Positions 26,992-36,724 of a DNA stretch of 64,000 nt are shown piece by piece. The DNA comes from an uncultured Brevinematales bacterium. Its GTDB lineage: Bacteria; Spirochaetota; Brevinematia; Brevinematales; CAYRWR01. The DNA lies in the NCBI GenBank assembly GCA_964428015.1, contig CAYRWR010000007.1, positions 21,546-85,545 of the forward strand, in the 5' to 3' direction. The position numbers and the translations under genes were made by a program. Numbering within the stretch: the stretch's first letter is position 1; the number at the start of each line of letters is the position of its first letter. The notes below the pieces were generated by a model that worked only from the letters and a program-made list of their open reading frames with translations, was not told the origin of the DNA and made no database searches.

Positions 26992-28089
26992 TCAGGATAC
27001 CACCTCTTTGATTACATCAGCAATCTGTTTCTGAGAAGCTTCATCCAGGAAGGGGTGCATAGGCAAACTCATGATTTCAAGGGCAATTTTTTCTGAAACC
27101 GGAAAATCGCCGGCTGAATGTCCCAGATAATCAAAAGCCTTCTGCAGGTGAATGGGTATAGGATAATGGACCGCTGTGGGTATATTGGCTTTGGTCAATG
27201 CATCCACTACTTTCTGACGGTCTTTTACCCGGATAGAGTATTGCGCGTATACATGCCGGGTGGTATCTTTTCCACTCTTGGGTGTGATCACATCGATATC
27301 TTTCATGAGATCGTTATAACGCTGTCCGATTTTATGACGGGCGTCACACTCTTTGTCGAAATGATCCAGTTTAGCCAGTAGGATGGCAGCCTGCATACTA
27401 TCCAGACGGCCGTTGATTCCTATGCTGCTGTGTATGTACCGCGCGCTCTGGCCATGGTTGAGCAGTTCCCGGATTTTGAGGGCGGTTTTTTCATCTTCAC
27501 AGAAGATCATTCCGCCATCACCATAGCAACCCAATGGCTTGGAAGGGAAAAAGGAAGTAGCAGAAAGAGAAGAAAGCGCTCCGGAAGCGCGGCCTTTGTA
27601 TCTGGCGCCCAGACTCTGTGCAGCATCTTCCAGTACAAACAGGTTATGTTTTGCAGCTATGGCATTGATTCTGTCCATATCAGGACACTGGCCATACAGC
27701 GAAACAGGCATGATACCTTTGGTACGGGAGGTAATTTTAGCTTCAATCTGGTCTATATCCATCATATAAGTTTGTTCTTCTATATCTACAAAAACAGGTT
27801 TTGCTTTTAGAAATGCGATGACTTCAGCGGTGGCAAAAAAAGTAAAGGGAGTGGTGATGATCTCATCTCCCGGCTGTATATCCATAGCCATCAACACTAA
27901 CAACAGAGCATCTGTGCCGGAAGAACAGGCAATGGCATGGCCGGCACCTGTAAAAGCTTTGAGACGGTCTTCCAGTTCTTTGACCTGGGGACCCATAATA
28001 TACTGGGAACTTTTTAATACATCCCATATCCTATTGTCAATCTCAGATTTGTAGGCCTGGTACTGTGCCTGAAGGTCGATAAACTGCAT
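26992..28089 (-). CDS. DegT/DnrJ/EryC1/StrS-family PLP-dependent sugar aminotransferase
   Basis: 365 aa. The family pattern includes GPQVKELE, SSGTDALLL and the conserved Lys region (SFFPSKPLGCYGDGG). Confidence 0.85.
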   Translation of the reverse strand: MQFIDLQAQYQAYKSEIDNRIWDVLKSSQYIMGPQVKELEDRLKAFTGAGHAIACSSGTDALLLVLMAMDIQPGDEIITTPFTFFATAEVIAFLKAKPVFVDIEEQTYMMDIDQIEAKITSRTKGIMPVSLYGQCPDMDRINAIAAKHNLFVLEDAAQSLGARYKGRASGALSSLSATSFFPSKPLGCYGDGGMIFCEDEKTALKIRELLNHGQSARYIHSSIGINGRLDSMQAAILLAKLDHFDKECDARHKIGQRYNDLMKDIDVITPKSGKDTTRHVYAQYSIRVKDRQKVVDALTKANIPTAVHYPIPIHLQKAFDYLGHSAGDFPVSEKIALEIMSLPMHPFLDEASQKQIADVIKEVVS

Positions 28090-28168
28090 CCTCTGCTCCT
28101 TTACTTATACACCCTGTTATTTTTAGACTATTCTATTTCCATAAACAAAAACCAGCTGTTAATGCCAC

Positions 28169-29020
28169 CTACTTTCCTACCACTATCGAATTGGGTTTAT
28201 TTTTCAAGATAGCGGTAAATTCTTCCAGATTCTTGATAGTGGATTTAATATTCTGGGCCAGATTTCTGTCTTTTGCCAGAGACAGTAATCCATCCGGAGT
28301 ATTTAAAGTATCCGAAAGCTGATGCAGCTGTTTGGTAGTAGCTTCCAGGTCATTGACAATCCTGCTTATCTTAGCAGGATCTATGTTGGTAAAAGAACCG
28401 GATAAAAGAGCCAGATTACGGGATGCAACCTTCAGGCTGGAAACTGTACTTTTGATATCCTGTTCATTTTCCAGGACCAGTTTGTTCAAATTGTTTACCA
28501 GATTACCTATATTATTAAAAGTAGAGCTGACATTGCCGATGATTTCTCCCTGGGTATCCCCCATGACAGAGGCAATTAAATCCCCAAAAGAATCCATCAT
28601 CTGTGACATTCCTACCGGTGATCTACCTGTAATAACTTCTCCGTCTTTAAAAAAGACGCCTTCATTAGGATTGAAATTTTCTACACTGATGTATTTGGTA
28701 CCAACCACGCCGGTAGAATAGATGTGAAATGTAGCAGACCGGTTGATCTTATACTTTCCTTCGATAGCCAGGACAATATTCAATCTATCCCCTTTAAACT
28801 GGATATCATCCACAAAGCCTATATCTTTACCTCCCAGCACCCGGACTTTGGACCGGGGTGTAAGGTTGTCCACAAAAGAATATTCTACATTCAGTTTGTA
28901 ACCGCCTGAGAATTTATAACTGTACTTTCCGGCAAAATAAATACCCACTAAAAACAGGATTATGCCTAGAAAAATAAAAATACCGATGCCTACATAATGT
29001 ATATCTTCTTTTTTCTTCAT
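28169..29020 (-). CDS. mlaD: MlaD/MCE-domain substrate-binding protein of an Mla-type ABC system
   Basis: It has an N-terminal TM anchor and an MCE domain (VRVLGGKDIGFVDDI), followed by a helical C-terminus. Its start overlaps the stop of the upstream ATPase gene. Confidence 0.8.
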   Translation of the reverse strand: MKKKEDIHYVGIGIFIFLGIILFLVGIYFAGKYSYKFSGGYKLNVEYSFVDNLTPRSKVRVLGGKDIGFVDDIQFKGDRLNIVLAIEGKYKINRSATFHIYSTGVVGTKYISVENFNPNEGVFFKDGEVITGRSPVGMSQMMDSFGDLIASVMGDTQGEIIGNVSSTFNNIGNLVNNLNKLVLENEQDIKSTVSSLKVASRNLALLSGSFTNIDPAKISRIVNDLEATTKQLHQLSDTLNTPDGLLSLAKDRNLAQNIKSTIKNLEEFTAILKNKPNSIVVGK

Positions 29021-29868
29021 TATTTTCTCCTAAAACGTGATGAATGCATCTTCTCGTTTATCTTCTCTATTTCTTTTAGATACTCGTTGGTGATGGGGCC
29101 TTCTGTACTGCCTTGTATAAACTGCCTCAGATAAGGATTGTCACTGGTATCCAGTTCATCCGGTGTACCAATAAATATTATCTTGCCCTGAAATACCATC
29201 CCTACTCTGTCAGCAATATATTTGGCACTGCTGATATCATGTGTGACCACTACAAAGGTAGTATTCAACTGCTGTTTAACCGACTTAATGAGATGATTAA
29301 TATTGGCAGTCATGATCGGATCCAATCCTGTGGTCGGTTCATCAAAGAGTACTACCTGGGGCTCAGACACGATAGCTCGAGCCAGTGCCACCCTTTTCAT
29401 CATACCGCCCGATAAATCTGAGGGCATGACGTCCTCCACTCCGGGCAGCCCCACTAAAATAAGAGCATTTTTAATTTTCTCTTCTTTTTCTGCTTCGTTC
29501 ATTTCCGGACGCATATGATCCAGCGCAAATAGGAGGTTCTGGCCCACGGTGATAGAGTCAAATAAGGCTCCACCCTGGAACAGCATGCCTATCTCATTTT
29601 GTATTTCAAAGTGTCTTTCATCAGACACACTATGGATCTCTTCATTATCAATATAAATTTCACCTTCATCTGGCAGCAGGATACTGGTAATGTGTTTAAG
29701 AAGTACACTTTTACCTACACCGCTCTGCCCGATAATGACAAAGGTTTCACCTTTAATGATTTTTAGATCCAGTCCGTCTAAGATGACTTTATCACCAAAT
29801 TTTTTCTTCAAGCCGTAGAGCTCAATTTTGTATTCAACATCGCTGTCTGCATGTCTTTTTTGCGGCAT
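29020..29868 (-). CDS. mlaF: Mla-type ABC transporter ATP-binding protein
   Basis: It has Walker A GQSGVGKS, the signature LSGGM and Walker B VVLFDEPTTGLD. Confidence 0.9.
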   Translation of the reverse strand: MPQKRHADSDVEYKIELYGLKKKFGDKVILDGLDLKIIKGETFVIIGQSGVGKSVLLKHITSILLPDEGEIYIDNEEIHSVSDERHFEIQNEIGMLFQGGALFDSITVGQNLLFALDHMRPEMNEAEKEEKIKNALILVGLPGVEDVMPSDLSGGMMKRVALARAIVSEPQVVLFDEPTTGLDPIMTANINHLIKSVKQQLNTTFVVVTHDISSAKYIADRVGMVFQGKIIFIGTPDELDTSDNPYLRQFIQGSTEGPITNEYLKEIEKINEKMHSSRFRRK

Positions 29869-29879
29869 AAAATAATTTC

Positions 29880-30677
29880 CTAAAATTTAAAAATAATAAA
29901 CAACATTCCTAAAAAGTAATCCAGTAAGATCACCATAAAACTGGAAGATACCACAGAACGGATCGTGGCCTTTCCCACGCCATCCGCTCCGCCCTGGGCG
30001 TTAAAACCCTGGTATGTAGCTATCAGCATCAATGTGGCACCAATAACTACGGATTTAGTCATAGACTCCCATACATAAGACGCTTTCAAAGGTATTTGCA
30101 CCCACTCCCAATAAGTATAGCTGGTCACCTTGTGCGCGCCAAAGGCGGAGAGCCATCCTCCAAACATGGATATCAGGCTGGAAATAAAAGTCAGCACCGG
30201 CATGGCCACTATTCCAGCCAACAAGCGGGAGGAAACCAGAAACCTGATGGGATCAACAGAAAGTGTCTTCAGGGCGTCAATCTGTTCTGTCACTCTCATG
30301 GTACCCAGCTCAGCAGTAACAGAAGAACATACCCGGCTGACCACAATGAGAGATGTCAGCACTGGACCCAGCTCTCTGATAATAGCAATACCCAGTGCAC
30401 CACCTACAAATTGTGCTGTGCCGGACATAATATATTCCAGGGCATTACCAATCTGCAAACCCAGGATCATTCCGGTAAAAAAACCGGTCAGACCTACAAC
30501 CGGAATTGACCTGATACCTATATGCCATATATGTTTCAATGTCTCTTTGGGATGCTTTATATTATAAGGTAAATTCCTCAATGCTTCAATTCCAAACATC
30601 AATAACTTACTGAGTTTAATAAAAAAGTTATTCATCTTTGCTTTCAGGTTATTAAACATTTTTTCCCCATATGTCAA
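29880..30677 (-). CDS. mlaE: Mla-type ABC transporter permease (MlaE/YrbE family)
   Basis: It is polytopic with the MlaE conserved block RELGPVLTSLIVVSRVCSSVTAELGTMRVTEQIDAL. The start is either TTG 30677 or ATG 30659. Confidence 0.85.
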   Translation of the reverse strand: MTYGEKMFNNLKAKMNNFFIKLSKLLMFGIEALRNLPYNIKHPKETLKHIWHIGIRSIPVVGLTGFFTGMILGLQIGNALEYIMSGTAQFVGGALGIAIIRELGPVLTSLIVVSRVCSSVTAELGTMRVTEQIDALKTLSVDPIRFLVSSRLLAGIVAMPVLTFISSLISMFGGWLSAFGAHKVTSYTYWEWVQIPLKASYVWESMTKSVVIGATLMLIATYQGFNAQGGADGVGKATIRSVVSSSFMVILLDYFLGMLFIIFKF

Positions 30678-30814
30678 CTAATCGATAATTTTATCACAGT
30701 ATTTATTTAATTTCAAAGAAAGGCATTTTTCACCCAGTCATTTTCAGATAAAATTGTAAACTTTAAAAATTTCTATTCAGTTTATAATAATAAACTCTGG
30801 TTTCGAGTAATTTT

Positions 30815-30905
30815 GTCATTCTGAATGGGAGTAAAGAGTCTCTCTTTCTTATAAAATATATTACTTCAACGTCACCAGGATACCCTTCTTTTCACTTAAA
30901 TCGAC
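30815..30905. repeat. Imperfect inverted repeat of the GTCAYYCTGA...AAGArTCTC type (REP-like)
   Basis: The left arm is gtcattctgaatgggagtaaagagtctc and the right arm is gatacccttcttttcacttaaatcgac (rc gtcgatttaagtgaaaagaagggtatc). It is related to the element at 51861-51962. Arm pairing is weak. Confidence 0.35.
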
Positions 30906-31009
30906 AAGCAGAGCGGTGTATAAATAGTGTCAGATTAAAACTAATATTCCTTACAATGTATACAGAAACCTTGTAATAGAGCTTATTCTATTTAAGTTCC
31001 GGGCTTAGT

Positions 31010-31038
31010 TTGCTAAATTTAGCACATTTTAGTATAAT
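31010..31038 (+). promoter_or_regulatory. Sigma70-like promoter with an overlapping 14-bp perfect palindrome
   Basis: The -35 is TTGCTA (31010-31015), the spacer is 17 nt, and the -10 is TATAAT (31033-31038). The palindrome TGCTAAATTTAGCA (31011-31024) overlaps the -35 and spacer. The OMP gene starts 34 nt downstream. Confidence 0.5.
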
Positions 31039-31071
31039 AATCATTACTGATTCCATTCTAAGGATTTATAA

Positions 31072-32268
31072 ATGAAAAAACTCATTGTACTTTTTATTCT
31101 CTCCCTTACCTTACTAATTAACCAGGCTTATAGTATAACTATTACCAAAATTGAATATAAAGGTTTAGGCGAATCCCACACCAATATGATTTTATCATTT
31201 TTCAAAGAGTACCAGCCTGGAAAAGATTGGGAACCGGAACAGTTGAACCGGGTACTCAACCGGGTTGCTGACAGAATGACCATCACCGGATGGTTTAAAA
31301 ATGTCTCCGTAACCAATATATCCACTAATAAAAATGAAGCTCATATACTTTTTGATTTTCAGGAAAGGATCTCCTATACCGCCTGGCTGGGAGACCTCTA
31401 TGTGGGGCTTACCAAATTTAATCTGTGGGGCAAAGGTAAAGTAGTCTCCTTTGAAGTAGGACCCTATAGGCAGTTGGTCTTTATACAGGATAAGATGCTG
31501 AATTTTACTCCTTTTTCTTATATTTTTGAATTAGGCGCCAAGGAAATCTTCTGGCAGACTTATTCCAACAATACCTACGCGGAGACAAAGATACTGTGCA
31601 GAATCCTGCGGGGCGATGCCGCTTATGAAATCATCCCTGACGGCATGATCCACTTAAATTTCACTGCCATTAAACTGGTGGAACTCACCAATAATATAAA
31701 GATTGACAGTTATTTTGATGTGGGCCTGGGCCTGAGTTATGACCGTACTGCAGGTTTCCCGGTTATCAATTCCGGATGGAAATCAAAACTGGATATGAAA
31801 TATGTGTTCGGACCTAATTTTCTGAAAACTGAATTTAAAATAAACCTTTACCAAAAAGTATCCAAAACCATCCATTTTTCAGAGTTCCTGCATGGGGGAT
31901 TTAACACCACCTCTGCCGACATACCCAGTTATCATATGTTTTCACTGAGAAATATCGATGGGCTGCATAGCCTGACTCAGGGACTGAGCGGTATGATAGG
32001 CAACTATGTCTGGGATGTCCATGGAGAATTCCGATGGGCTTTCTGGGAAGTAATTCCTTTTCTGCTGATCTTTGACCTTCAAATCGAAGCGGTGGCCTTT
32101 ATCGAAGCCGGAGAAGCCCGTATCACTCCGGATACTTTGGGCAATCCCCACTTTGTCTATGGCGGAGGCCTCAGATTTTATATGAATACCTTTGTAGTCA
32201 GAGCGGAAATGGGTATTGATGAGACCGGAGAAAGTTCTGTAACCAGCTCCTTCAGTGCCGCGTTCTAA
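31072..32268 (+). CDS. BamA/surface-antigen (D15)-family outer-membrane protein with one POTRA domain and a beta-barrel
   Basis: It has a signal peptide and a POTRA-like N-terminus (ITITKIEYKGL...ILFDFQER). The C-terminal part has an alternating beta-strand pattern and ends in a terminal Phe (SFSAAF). Confidence 0.65.
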   Translation: MKKLIVLFILSLTLLINQAYSITITKIEYKGLGESHTNMILSFFKEYQPGKDWEPEQLNRVLNRVADRMTITGWFKNVSVTNISTNKNEAHILFDFQERISYTAWLGDLYVGLTKFNLWGKGKVVSFEVGPYRQLVFIQDKMLNFTPFSYIFELGAKEIFWQTYSNNTYAETKILCRILRGDAAYEIIPDGMIHLNFTAIKLVELTNNIKIDSYFDVGLGLSYDRTAGFPVINSGWKSKLDMKYVFGPNFLKTEFKINLYQKVSKTIHFSEFLHGGFNTTSADIPSYHMFSLRNIDGLHSLTQGLSGMIGNYVWDVHGEFRWAFWEVIPFLLIFDLQIEAVAFIEAGEARITPDTLGNPHFVYGGGLRFYMNTFVVRAEMGIDETGESSVTSSFSAAF

Positions 32269-32312
32269 AGGATAGAAGTTTCCATTGGGTTCTATATAGC
32301 TGAAATATCTAA

Positions 32313-33710
32313 TTAAAAGCCGCTATCTTCCAGGTCCATATCCACGGGCGGGAGGTGGTGCGTATCCAGATTTTCAAACTTGACACATTCACCCAGGAAG
32401 GTAAGATCGATGGTATCCGTGGGACCGTTACGGTGTTTTCCCACTTTCAGTTCAGTGATGCCTTTGCGGTCCGTCTCTTTGTTGTAGTACTCATCCCGGT
32501 ACAAAAAAGCCACAATGTCGGCGTCCTGCTCAATAGCTCCCGACTCTCTTAAGTCTGACAGCAGGGGGCGTTTATCCACCCGGCTCTCTACGCCGCGGGA
32601 CAGCTGGGACAACACGATCACCGGCAAATCCAGTTCCTTGGACAGGGCTTTGAGTGAACGGGATATATAGGAGATTTCAGCGTTGCGGTTAAAGCTGGGC
32701 TTGGAGGAATCATCCGCGGTAATCAGCTGCAGGTGGTCGATTACTATTAAGTTCACTTTATACTTGGACACCACGCGGCGGGATTTGGCCCGGATCTCGT
32801 GAATGGAGATAGCCGGTGTGTCGTCCACTATGATGTTGAGGTCATGCAGACGTCCCGCTGTCTCCACCAGAGCGGCCCATTCCCCATGCGCGTCACTGAG
32901 ACGGCCCTTGCGGATTTTTTCCATGGCGATGCGGCTTTCACTGGACAGCATACGCATGGCCAGCTCCTGGTCACTCATTTCCAGTGAAAAGATGAGCACA
33001 CCGTTTTTCTTGTCCATCTGGGCGGCATTGGCGGCTATATTCAGAGCCATGGCTGTTTTTCCCATAGCGGGACGCGCCGCCAGCACGATCAGGGTCCCTT
33101 TCTGCAGACCGCCGGTGAGTTCATCAAATTTCTTAAAGCCGGTGGGCAGGCCGGTGTAGGCGCTGTCATTCTTGGACAGGCGCTGGATGCCATTGAGAGT
33201 CTCGGTGACCACATCCTTGAGCTCATTATAGGAGGTGCGCAGCTTGCGGTTGGTGACGTCGAATATGGCACGTTCCGCCATCTCCGAGACATGCTCCACC
33301 TGGGTCTGGTTCTGGAAGACATCGTCGATGATCTGATGAGAGGCCTGGATCAGGGAGCGCAGCAGGGAGCGGTCGGCCACCATGCGGGAATAATACCCCA
33401 CGCTGGACGCCGCGGGTACCCTGTCCATAAGAGAGGCCAGGTAGGCGGATCCACCCACTCTGGCCAGTTTACCTTCTGATTCTAAGCGGTCAGCCACGGA
33501 TACCAGATCGACCGGAGCATTGGTTTCCTGCAGAGCCTTGATGGCGCTGAAGATGGTATAATGCTTCTGGTCAAAAAAATCATCCGCTTTCAGTGCTTCA
33601 AAAACTATATTAATAGCCTGCTCATTATTACTGAGCATCGCACCTATGACTGCCTGTTCTGCTTCAATACTATGAGGAGGGACCCGTTTAATCAGTTCAT
33701 CATTTGCCAT
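32313..33710 (-). CDS. dnaB: Replicative DNA helicase DnaB
   Basis: The N-terminal DnaB domain has PPHSIEAEQAVIGAML. It also has Walker A ARPAMGKT and the RecA-like C-terminal motifs. Confidence 0.95.
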   Translation of the reverse strand: MANDELIKRVPPHSIEAEQAVIGAMLSNNEQAINIVFEALKADDFFDQKHYTIFSAIKALQETNAPVDLVSVADRLESEGKLARVGGSAYLASLMDRVPAASSVGYYSRMVADRSLLRSLIQASHQIIDDVFQNQTQVEHVSEMAERAIFDVTNRKLRTSYNELKDVVTETLNGIQRLSKNDSAYTGLPTGFKKFDELTGGLQKGTLIVLAARPAMGKTAMALNIAANAAQMDKKNGVLIFSLEMSDQELAMRMLSSESRIAMEKIRKGRLSDAHGEWAALVETAGRLHDLNIIVDDTPAISIHEIRAKSRRVVSKYKVNLIVIDHLQLITADDSSKPSFNRNAEISYISRSLKALSKELDLPVIVLSQLSRGVESRVDKRPLLSDLRESGAIEQDADIVAFLYRDEYYNKETDRKGITELKVGKHRNGPTDTIDLTFLGECVKFENLDTHHLPPVDMDLEDSGF

Positions 33711-33734
33711 ATTTTGGCCTGTACTCCTCCAGGA

Positions 33735-34361
33735 TTACTCCTGGTCTTCTGTACCCTCTTCAGCGGTATTTACTTCTACTTTTTCGTCTTCAAAGTCATC
33801 TTCTTCTTCGTCTTCATCTTCGTTAAAGAAGCCTTCAGTAGTAGCTTTGGAAGGGACAGCCAGGGCTTTTCTTTCCGCGGCGACTTCTTCTTTGACTTCT
33901 GATGCTACCATGTCGGGATGGTTAGGATCCTGCACTTTGAGCTTGACTTCCGCGGTCACACCTTCGTCCAGTTTGATCTTGACGGTGTGCATACCCACGG
34001 TCTTAATGTGCTGATTGACGACTTTTTTCTTTTCAATGGTAAAGCCTTTTCCGGACAGAGCGTCAGAGATATCGGCGTTGGTCACAGAACCAAACAGTTT
34101 GCCTTCATCACCGGCTTTTACTTCGATGAGCAGTTCGACTTTTTCCAGAGCTTCTTTGAGCTCACGGCTGGATTCCAGACTGGCCAGGGCTTTTTTAGCC
34201 AGGCGTTCCTGAATCTTATGCAGATAGCTTTCCTTGGCCCGGGTGGCTACATCAGCCATGCGCTGGGGCAGGAGATAATTACGGGCATAACCGTCTTTTA
34301 CTGATTTAATATCACCGGCTTTTCCCAGTCCGACCACGTTTTCCAATAATATGACTTTCAT
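33735..34361 (-). CDS. rplI: 50S ribosomal protein L9 with an acidic C-terminal extension
   Basis: The track ORF extends to 34415. The ATG at 34361 is preceded by GGAGGAAAA and gives the canonical MKVILLENV..GLGKAGDIKSVKDGYARNYLLP. About 58 extra C-terminal residues are rich in D/E (NEDEDEEEDDFEDEK). Confidence 0.9.
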   Translation of the reverse strand: MKVILLENVVGLGKAGDIKSVKDGYARNYLLPQRMADVATRAKESYLHKIQERLAKKALASLESSRELKEALEKVELLIEVKAGDEGKLFGSVTNADISDALSGKGFTIEKKKVVNQHIKTVGMHTVKIKLDEGVTAEVKLKVQDPNHPDMVASEVKEEVAAERKALAVPSKATTEGFFNEDEDEEEDDFEDEKVEVNTAEEGTEDQE

Positions 34362-34390
34362 GTTTTCCTCCAATAGTAGGCATCCATCTA

Positions 34391-35206
34391 TCATGCTCTC
34401 AAATAATGCATCCAAGAATCACTGATACCGATGCCGAAATACAACACCAGTACAAACAGAAAATAAGGTCCGGTCAGTACCAGCAGGCAGTAGAGTAGCG
34501 CCACTGACAGCATCACCGGCCATCTTTTCTTTCTGAGCCAGGTTATCAGCACCTGGAATCCCAGCACCGAGTAAACCAGGGCCAGGAACAAGGTCAGGTT
34601 GCTGGCCACCAGGCCCAGCTTATCCCATAGTCCCATCTGGTAGACCACAAAACCTGCCAGCAGACAGGCCAGGGCGGGATATACCCAGCGGTGGTCAAAA
34701 TCCCTGCTCCAGCGGTACCATCCGGTCACCGGATAGCTCTCCTGGCTGATTGCGGAACTGATGCCTGTCCAAAGGACAAAGACCAGTATTCCGGGCAGGT
34801 ATTCCAGGTAGACCCAGAAACTATATACCGCGTCTATGATCCGGGTCTTTTTGAGGCCGGGAAAGATGGCGGATATGGCATCCAGTATCCTGGTATAGCC
34901 CTGTTTAAGGGGCTCCGCTCCTACATTAAAGCCCAGGCTCAGCACCAGGACCATAACCAGAGCGGTTATTAACAATCCATGAAAAGGGGCTTCCTTTTCA
35001 GCGGACATAAACACCCTGTATCCCAGGAATGTAACCCCCAGGGCCAGGGTGGCGGCCCACACCCCGCTGCGCGTGAACAGCGCTATCAGGGTCAGGACCA
35101 GGAGCAGGAAGGGCACTCTGAAAACCAGGGCCATAGACCTGCTCACTATAAAATGCGTTCCCGTCAGGACCAGGGAGACGCACAGCAGAAAAAGGGTCTC
35201 AGCCAC
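34391..35206 (-). CDS. Polytopic membrane protein, probably DUF2232/YybS-like
   Basis: It has 7-8 hydrophobic helices. Its position between rpsR and rplI mirrors yybS in Firmicutes (rpsR...yybS-yybT-rplI-dnaC). The family assignment comes from synteny and topology only. Confidence 0.6.
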   Translation of the reverse strand: MAETLFLLCVSLVLTGTHFIVSRSMALVFRVPFLLLVLTLIALFTRSGVWAATLALGVTFLGYRVFMSAEKEAPFHGLLITALVMVLVLSLGFNVGAEPLKQGYTRILDAISAIFPGLKKTRIIDAVYSFWVYLEYLPGILVFVLWTGISSAISQESYPVTGWYRWSRDFDHRWVYPALACLLAGFVVYQMGLWDKLGLVASNLTLFLALVYSVLGFQVLITWLRKKRWPVMLSVALLYCLLVLTGPYFLFVLVLYFGIGISDSWMHYLRA

Positions 35207-35212
35207 CCTTCC

Positions 35213-35656
35213 CTATCTGTCGACGTAGGGCAACAGGGCCAGGATACGGGCTTTCTTGATCTCCTGGGACAGCATTCTCTGGTACTTAGCGGCAGTACCG
35301 GTGATGCGGCGGGGAACAATCTTGCCTGAGGGCATCACGTACTTGCGCAGCAGGTCGACATTTTTATAATTGATCATCTTGGGGTCGGTCTGACCGGTGC
35401 TGAAACGGCATACTTTTTTGGTATAAAAGAATTTTCTCTTTCCGCCGCCGCGTGAATCGCCGCGGTCACCACGGTCTCCGCGATCGCCGCCGCGGTCGCC
35501 GCCGCGTGAGTCGCCACGGGGCTTGCTGAAACGTCTTTCTTTGGGAGCGTCTTCAGCGCCTTCTTCTTTTTCAGCTACAGCTTCATCAGCGTGTACTACT
35601 ACATCTTCTACTAAAGCTTCTACGAGTTCGTCGTCTTTCTTGATATCATCTGACAT
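35213..35656 (-). CDS. rpsR: 30S ribosomal protein S18 with a ~72-aa N-terminal extension (acidic segment plus RGD/RGG repeats)
   Basis: The C-terminal 72 aa is canonical S18 (KVCRF...[12 protein letters not shown]...[10 protein letters not shown]...KYQR). The N-terminus has an acidic stretch, then [27 protein letters not shown] (nt 35441-35518). Confidence 0.9.
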   Translation of the reverse strand: MSDDIKKDDELVEALVEDVVVHADEAVAEKEEGAEDAPKERRFSKPRGDSRGGDRGGDRGDRGDRGDSRGGGKRKFFYTKKVCRFSTGQTDPKMINYKNVDLLRKYVMPSGKIVPRRITGTAAKYQRMLSQEIKKARILALLPYVDR

Positions 35657-35681
35657 GTTTAATCTCCTTAATCAATGGCCT

Positions 35682-36179
35682 CTAAAAAGGAACATCATCC
35701 TGGTTGTTGATATTGTCATAATCCACAGGAGTGGGATCAAAACCGGTATTGTCATAAAAGTCGTCATTAAAATCACCTGCTCCTGACGCGGGCTGATTCT
35801 GGCTCTTATTCTGACCCTGAGGCCGGGGAGCCTGAGATCCGCCGCCACCGCCGCTTCCGGCTGTGGTCAGGAACTGCACCCTTTCCGCTATGATTTCAAT
35901 AACAGACCGGTTTGAACCGTCCTGGGCCTGCCAGCGCCGCTGTTCCAGACGCCCGTCGATGCAGACCTGTTTACCCTTGGACAAAAACTGTGAGCAGTTT
36001 TCACCCATTTTGCCCCACACGATGATGTTGAAAAAACTCACGGTGTCCTGTCCGTCACGGGGCTTCCCGCCTACTGCCAGGCCGAATTTGGCGATAGCAG
36101 TACCGCTGGGGGTATACTTCAGATCGACATCACCGGCCAGTCTCCCTACGAGGGTGACCCGGTTGACATCCCAACTCAT
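35682..36179 (-). CDS. ssb: Single-stranded DNA-binding protein
   Basis: It has an OB-fold N-terminus (NRVTLVGRLAGD...), a Gly/Gln/Pro-rich linker and an acidic C-terminal tip, DDVPF. Confidence 0.95.
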   Translation of the reverse strand: MSWDVNRVTLVGRLAGDVDLKYTPSGTAIAKFGLAVGGKPRDGQDTVSFFNIIVWGKMGENCSQFLSKGKQVCIDGRLEQRRWQAQDGSNRSVIEIIAERVQFLTTAGSGGGGGSQAPRPQGQNKSQNQPASGAGDFNDDFYDNTGFDPTPVDYDNINNQDDVPF

Positions 36180-36180
36180 C

Positions 36181-36471
36181 CTAATCCTCCCGGTTTACGA
36201 GATGACGGATGACATCCTGGTCGTACTTGATGGCTGCTTCAAACACAGGAATTGCTTCCGGCTTGCCGGACACTTTGGCGAAATAGTAATACGCCTTGTG
36301 GAATCTTTCTCTGTCCCTGATGATCTCATAGGCCAGCTCTCTGACTCCAAACGTGTCTTCCTTGTCCAGCTCCAGCTCGGACTTCTTGAAATAATCCTTG
36401 ATCCTTTTGACAGTAGGGTCTACTGTCTCGCCTTCTCGAATAAGAAAAGCGATCTCATACTTTCTTGACAT
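36181..36471 (-). CDS. rpsF: 30S ribosomal protein S6
   Basis: 96 aa, starting MSRKYEIAFLI..., and the first gene of the rpsF-ssb-rpsR cluster. Confidence 0.9.
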   Translation of the reverse strand: MSRKYEIAFLIREGETVDPTVKRIKDYFKKSELELDKEDTFGVRELAYEIIRDRERFHKAYYYFAKVSGKPEAIPVFEAAIKYDQDVIRHLVNRED

Positions 36472-36724
36472 GGTACCTCCTTATGGTCTTGTCGTCCGTA
36501 TATACGGAAAGGATAGAATATTTTAAAGAATGACAAGGAATTAGTCAAGAATGTCGACAGTCCCTGGTCTTCTCTCTGCTGCAGGGAAAAAGGACTATGG
36601 GGATAGGCACACCGAAAAAGGGCAAATTTACCGCATAGGTTTAGGGAGAGCCTCTTGCCTGTACCACGTCAGCACTAGGGCAGAGGCGGCTTCCGCCGCG
36701 GGGAATATCTCCACAATAGCGGAG

